Below are positions 10,401 to 13,091 of a stretch of DNA of 13,091 bases, in pieces. Made by a program: the position numbers and the translations under genes. A model generated the notes under the pieces. The model was not told the DNA's origin. It made no database searches and saw only the letters and a list, made by a program, of their open reading frames with translations. How positions within the stretch are numbered: position 1 is the stretch's first letter; the number at the start of each line of letters is the position of its first letter. This DNA comes from Fonticula alba ATCC 38817 (taxonomy: Eukaryota; Protista; Nucleariida), in NCBI GenBank assembly GCA_000388065.2, contig KB932210.1. One strand, written 5' to 3'.

Positions 10401-12119
10401 ACACGGCGGAGGCCCACACATCTCCCGCCACCGCCCGGCGTCACACATCTCCCGCCACCGCCCGGCGTCACACATCTCCCGCCACCGCCCGGCGTCACAC
10501 ATCTCCCGCCACCGCCCGGCGTCACATATGTCCCGCCACCGCCCGGCGTCACATATGTCCCGCCACCGCTCGACGTCACACATGTCCCGCCGCCGCCCGA
10601 CGCCACACTGACAAACCGCCACCGCCCGACGCCCAGGACGAGGACATTGGTATGGCCACATCCGCGCACTGCGTCCTTCCGCCACATGCCCCTCCCCTTT
10701 GTTGACGCGCGACACACTCACCTCCCCCGCCCCCCGCCCAGATGCCACCATCCTCAACACCATTGTCGGTACGTGTCCCCCCCAGGCCTTTTCATTGGCG
10801 ACCATCCTCCACACCGAACTCACCTCCCTGCCGCCTGCACAGAACTCGCCCTGCCCGGTGCCATTGTCGTGGCCGTGGAGACGGACTTCCGGCCCTTGGA
10901 AAACGGCAACCTCGGGTCCGGCACCCAGGCCCAGGTGTATGCCGCCGAGGCCGTGGGCGCCGACATCACCACGCGCCTCCGCTGCCCGGACGTGGTGGCC
11001 ATCAAGAAGCTGACCGGTACGCGCCGCCGCGCACCCACGCACGAGCACTGCCTGCCCGGCCCGCAGACTGCCCTCCTGCTCGGCCTTCCGCCGATGCTCT
11101 CCCAGTTGCCCTGACCCCTTCCCCCGCACTCTGCGGCCGACCGGCGGGCCAGACGCGCGCCCGGTGTACATGGCCCTGTTCCAGAACGAGGTGGCTCTCA
11201 TGTGGTGCGTGCCGCTGCTCTTTCGCATGGCCCGCCGCCCCCCCCAGGAGAAGAAAGGACCCCCCCGGTAAGATGCGCTAACCCAGCCCCCCTACCGCCC
11301 CGGCCAACACACCGTCAGGCTCCTTCGCGACTCGCCGAACGTCGTCCGGCTCTTCGGCTACTGCGAGAGCCCGCCGGCCCTGGTCATGGCACGGCACGAC
11401 AGCTGCCTCAACACGCTCCTCAGCTCGGACATCCCCCTCGACACGGCGGTCCTCCTGGACGTGGTCCTGCAGTGGGGTGCGCATGCGCCATGCCTTCGGC
11501 CCCCCGGCCTTCCGTCGCCCTCGCCCTCGCCCTTACCTGCCTCGCGCCATTCTGACACACTCGGGCCGGCCTAGCCTCCGGCCTGGAGACCATGCACGCA
11601 ATGGAGATCGCCCACCGGGACCTGAAGCCGCACAATGTCTTTGTCAGCCAGCGCCCGGATGGCGGGTGGCATGCGGCCCTCGGCGATCTGGGCGCCTCGC
11701 AGAATGTCAGCACCACCCGGTCCTCGGCCCTGGTCCTCAGCCCGGTGGAGCTGAATGCCATGTCGGCCCGGTACGCGGCCCCGGAGGTGATCACGGCCTT
11801 CCGCGAGGAGCACCCGGTGTCTCGGGACCAGCTTCTGGCGGCGGACATCTTCTCGGCGACCATTCTCCTGTGGCAGTGCCTGGCCCGGCGGGTTCCCTTC
11901 GCCGGGCTCGGCGGCCTGGGCCAGATCCTGGAGTGCATCCAGCGCGGCGGGCGCCCGGCCGTCGACGAGGCCCTCGGCCCGCGCCAGCTGCAGGAGACCG
12001 TCCTCAACGAGCTGCTGGTCTCCGGCTGGGAGGCCAACCCGGTGCATCGCCCGACTGCGGCCGCCTTCCGGCAAAAGTGTGCCCATGCCCAGGCGGGCAG
12101 TTCCGCCCCAGCGCAATAG
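2940..12119 (+). CDS. Receptor-like transmembrane Ser/Thr (TKL-type) protein kinase with furin-like Cys-rich ectodomain; join(2940-4269,4596-10163,10270-10373,10637-10649,10742-10768,10843-11016,11153-11204,11319-11476,11575-12119), ~2656 aa
   Basis: Manual splicing gives a continuous frame (7971 nt, divisible by 3) from ATG 2940 to TAG 12117-12119. It contains a hydrophobic leader, CxxCxxxCxxC repeats, a TM helix followed by RRRK, and kinase motifs LGSGTQAQVY, VAIKK, FQNE, HRDLKPHN, DLG, RYAAPE and AADIFS. The alternative start is ATG 2949; an upstream exon inside the N gap cannot be excluded. Confidence 0.9.
4270..4595 (+). other. Intron 1 (326 nt, phase 1) containing a long poly-C tract
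   Basis: Donor GTACGT, branch-like ATGAC 4569-4573 (also CTGAC 4502-4506) and acceptor CCCCAG ending at 4595. Splicing gives t+ac = Tyr and W-Q-Y-Q-C-L-P-C in frame with ORF 4574..10219. Confidence 0.85.
4354..4484. repeat. Poly-C tract (131 nt, two A interruptions) inside intron 1
   Basis: Seen directly; A at 4437 and 4459. Confidence 0.95.
4596..10163 (+). CDS. Exon 2 (5568 nt): one furin-like unit, second Cys-poor domain with poly-Thr, then ~27 furin-like Cys-rich repeats
   Basis: Part of ORF 4574..10219. Ends ...SKRARSTGL+g before GTGCGT at 10164. Spans the 55-nt N gap in frame. Confidence 0.9.
5573..5614 (+). repeat. (ACC)14 coding trinucleotide repeat encoding poly-Thr14
   Basis: In frame in exon 2: AA-T14-SSGGGG. 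Confidence 0.97.
7343..7858 (+). repeat. Recent 159-nt (53-aa) internal tandem duplication: at least 3 near-identical furin-like units (STDPLVESLC..CPAGQ[YF]ADTAAGRC)
   Basis: AGCACCGACCCGCTGGTGGAGTC occurs at 7343, 7502 and 7700; a more diverged relative lies near 8081. Confidence 0.92.
7584..7638. other. Assembly gap (55 N) within the 159-nt coding tandem repeat
   Basis: N run lies between repeat copies 2 and 3. Confidence 0.98.
10164..10269 (+). other. Intron 2 (106 nt, phase 1)
   Basis: Donor GTGCGT, CTGACTGAC at 10216-10224, C-rich tract and CCAG acceptor. Splicing gives g+cc = Ala leading into the TM helix. Confidence 0.9.
10270..10373 (+). CDS. Exon 3: transmembrane helix (ALGLGIGLGLLFLLVLLLALVLIL) followed by RRRKAVQGPAK
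   Basis: A 24-residue hydrophobic stretch followed by a basic stop-transfer cluster; ends before GTACGC at 10374 (phase 0). Confidence 0.9.
10374..10636 (+). other. Intron 3 (263 nt, phase 0) containing a 27-nt minisatellite
   Basis: Donor GTACGC, branch CTGAC 10608-10612 and acceptor CCCAG ending at 10636. Confidence 0.75.
10415..10633 (+). repeat. 27-nt minisatellite (CACACATCTCCCGCCACCGCCCGGCGT), 7 full copies plus 1 degenerate copy
   Basis: Units start at 10415, 10442, 10469 and 10496 (identical), 10523 and 10550 (CACATATGT variant), 10577, and 10604 (degenerate). Confidence 0.97.
10637..10649 (+). CDS. Exon 4: 13-nt micro-exon (D-E-D-I + g)
   Basis: CCCAG|GACGAGGACATTG|GTATGG. It converts phase 0 (after exon 3) to the phase 1 that exon 5 requires. 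Confidence 0.75.
10650..10741 (+). other. Intron 4 (92 nt, phase 1)
   Basis: Donor GTATGG, CTCAC 10717-10721 (and TTGAC 10702-10706), and acceptor CCCAG ending at 10741. Confidence 0.75.
10742..10768 (+). CDS. Exon 5: 27-nt micro-exon ((D)ATILNTIV + g)
   Basis: CCCAG|ATGCCACCATCCTCAACACCATTGTCG|GTACGT; joins in frame to give DATILNTIVELALPG. Confidence 0.8.
10769..10842 (+). other. Intron 5 (74 nt, phase 1)
   Basis: Donor GTACGT, CTCAC 10819-10823 and acceptor CACAG ending at 10842. Confidence 0.8.
10843..11016 (+). CDS. Exon 6: kinase subdomains I-II (LGSGTQAQVY ... VVAIKKLT)
   Basis: Gly-rich loop and VAIK lysine; ends before GTACGC at 11017. Confidence 0.9.
11017..11152 (+). other. Intron 6 (136 nt, phase 1)
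   Basis: Donor GTACGC, CTGAC 11111-11115 and acceptor CCAG ending at 11152. Confidence 0.85.
11153..11204 (+). CDS. Exon 7 (52 nt): kinase alphaC helix ((D)ARPVYMALFQNEVALM + tg)
   Basis: Contains the alphaC Glu (FQNE); ends before GTGCGT at 11205 (phase 2). Confidence 0.85.
11205..11318 (+). other. Intron 7 (114 nt, phase 2)
   Basis: Donor GTGCGT, canonical CTAAC branch 11278-11282 and acceptor TCAG ending at 11318. Splicing gives tg+g = Trp. Confidence 0.9.
11319..11476 (+). CDS. Exon 8: kinase subdomains IV-VIa (WLLRDSPNVVRLFGYCESPPALVMARHDSCLN...DVVLQW + g)
   Basis: Typical PNVVRLFGYC subdomain IV; ends before GTGCGC at 11477. Confidence 0.9.
11477..11574 (+). other. Intron 8 (98 nt, phase 1)
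   Basis: Donor GTGCGC, CTGAC 11552-11556 and acceptor CTAG ending at 11574. Splicing gives g+cc = Ala (ASGLETMH). Confidence 0.9.
11575..12119 (+). CDS. Exon 9: kinase subdomains VIb-XI and stop codon
   Basis: HRDLKPHN 11613-11636, DLG 11685-11693, APE 11778-11786, AADIFS, and RPT of subdomain XI; TAG at 12117-12119. Confidence 0.93.
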
Positions 12120-12188
12120 AGCCCCCCTTGGCAGGATCCCCCCCCGGCCCGGGGGTAAATACACCCCATCTGCATGTGTGTCTGTTTT

Positions 12189-12190
<2 letters not shown>

Positions 12191-12222
<32 letters not shown>
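12191..12222. repeat. (CTG)10 microsatellite, 72 nt downstream of the stop (probable 3' UTR)
   Basis: Seen directly; UTR location is inferred. Confidence 0.95.
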
Positions 12223-12223
<1 letters not shown>

Positions 12224-12507
12224 GCCCCCTTCGCCGGGGCGGGCCATCAGCCGGAGCCTCGCCCCCTCCAGGGCGTTTGTCAGCGGGTGCCCGGCCAAAG
12301 GGAACTGGCCCCAAGCACCAAGCGACGCGCGCCGGCCGAAGGCGGCCCTTTCACCCGGGCGCGAGAGGGGGCGACGACCCGACAGACGCCCGGCCAGGGG
12401 GCCAGCGCCCCAGTGAGGCACAGGCAAAGACACCCCGGCGCCACCCGAGAGCGCGGTTCCGACACCCACGCTCAGCGGGCCGCCCGGCGGGTCCCTCGGC
12501 CGGGATG

Positions 12508-12541
12508 GCCCGCCGCCCGCCGCCCGCCGCCCGCCGCCCGC
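12508..12541. repeat. (GCCCGCC)x~4.8 heptamer tandem repeat
   Basis: Units start at 12508, 12515, 12522, 12529 and 12536 (partial). Confidence 0.9.
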
Positions 12542-12709
12542 ATGCGGGCCTGCCCATGGGGCCGATGCCGTGCCAAGCCCCTGGCAGCCAAGCGGGAAAT
12601 GGCCCGCCCCCCAGTCGGGGGCTCATCCGAGCACGCCCGCTTGACCGGGATTTTACCCAGTCCGTTCTGGAGGAGCGCTCGCGGCGGCGGCGTAAATGTC
12701 CGAGCGCGC

Positions 12710-12726
12710 TTATTTCAAAATAAAAA
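12710..12726 (+). terminator. Candidate polyadenylation signal (AATAAA 12719-12724) in an isolated AT-rich patch
   Basis: TTATTTCAAAATAAAAA is the clearest AT-rich island downstream of the stop, about 600 nt away. There is no transcript evidence, and AATAAA use in this organism is unknown. Confidence 0.35.
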
Positions 12727-13091
12727 CTCCGCACTTTCACTCCCCCGTGCGGTCCCGAGTTTCACATCGGGCCTGCCAACGGGCGGCGCGGCGCCGCCAC
12801 AGCCCCGGGCGTTCGCGGCCCCCGGCTTGCCTGGGGTCTGTCGGCCGCACGCCCTTCCTCGCACCCGCAGCCCCCGCGCACGGCGCTAGTCCACAATCGG
12901 ATGCCGAGATCTCGACCGCTCAGGGGGGAGCGCGCGCGCGCGCGCGATCGGCCCGCGGAGCGCGCGTGGAGCCCCGCACCGGGGTCGCGGCTTCGGCCGG
13001 CCGCCGCACGGCGTCCAGGCCCTCGTAGGGCCGGGGCAGCAGGAGAATCTAGGCCCGGGCTGGGCCGGCGTGGTGCGCGCCCCCCCCCCCC

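Noticed and set aside
10415-10633. 27-nt repeat array as a CRISPR array
   Set aside because: Units are directly adjacent with no unique spacers, the context is a eukaryotic intron, and there are no cas genes.
7304-10717. 1137-aa minus-strand ORF and other long antisense or alternate-frame ORFs (4604..5836, 5861..7240, 6001..9510, 9942..11228, 11571..12314)
   Set aside because: They are shadows of a GC3-rich sense CDS, which lacks stops in other frames; the translations are Gly/Ala/Arg-rich with no motifs.
11771-11776. GTACGC inside exon 9, identical to two real donors, as an extra intron start
   Set aside because: It encodes the R-Y-A of the essential RYAAPE motif, and the frame continues through intact subdomains IX-XI.
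12120-13091. ORFs 12174..12416, 12351..12740 and 12696..13028 as genes
   Set aside because: They derive from the (CTG)n repeat and GC-rich sequence, with no domain or codon-pattern support.

Overview
Very GC-rich eukaryotic genomic DNA with two N gaps (2130-2850 and 7584-7638). It holds one large spliced + strand gene that I reconstructed by hand as 9 exons: 2940-4269, 4596-10163, 10270-10373, 10637-10649, 10742-10768, 10843-11016, 11153-11204, 11319-11476 and 11575-12119. The exons total 7971 nt (2656 aa plus stop, counting the gap as given). All 8 introns are GT..AG with matching phases and branch-point-like motifs. The product is a single-pass receptor-like Ser/Thr (TKL-type) kinase: signal peptide, two large Cys-poor orphan domains, about 27 furin-like Cys-rich repeats, a Gly-rich TM helix and an intact kinase domain. 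The architecture and composition remind me of the expanded receptor kinases of the aggregative amoeba Fonticula alba; this is an inference, not verified. The flanks (1-2129 and 12120-13091) look non-coding and are rich in simple repeats. The most notable oddities are in the juxtamembrane region: two micro-exons (13 and 27 nt), a 27-nt intronic minisatellite whose last unit supplies the splice signals, an intron carrying a degenerate copy of the spliced junction it interrupts, and a stop-free unspliced reading from TM to kinase. Most other ORFs in the supplied track are GC or antisense shadows, or artefacts of reading through Ns.
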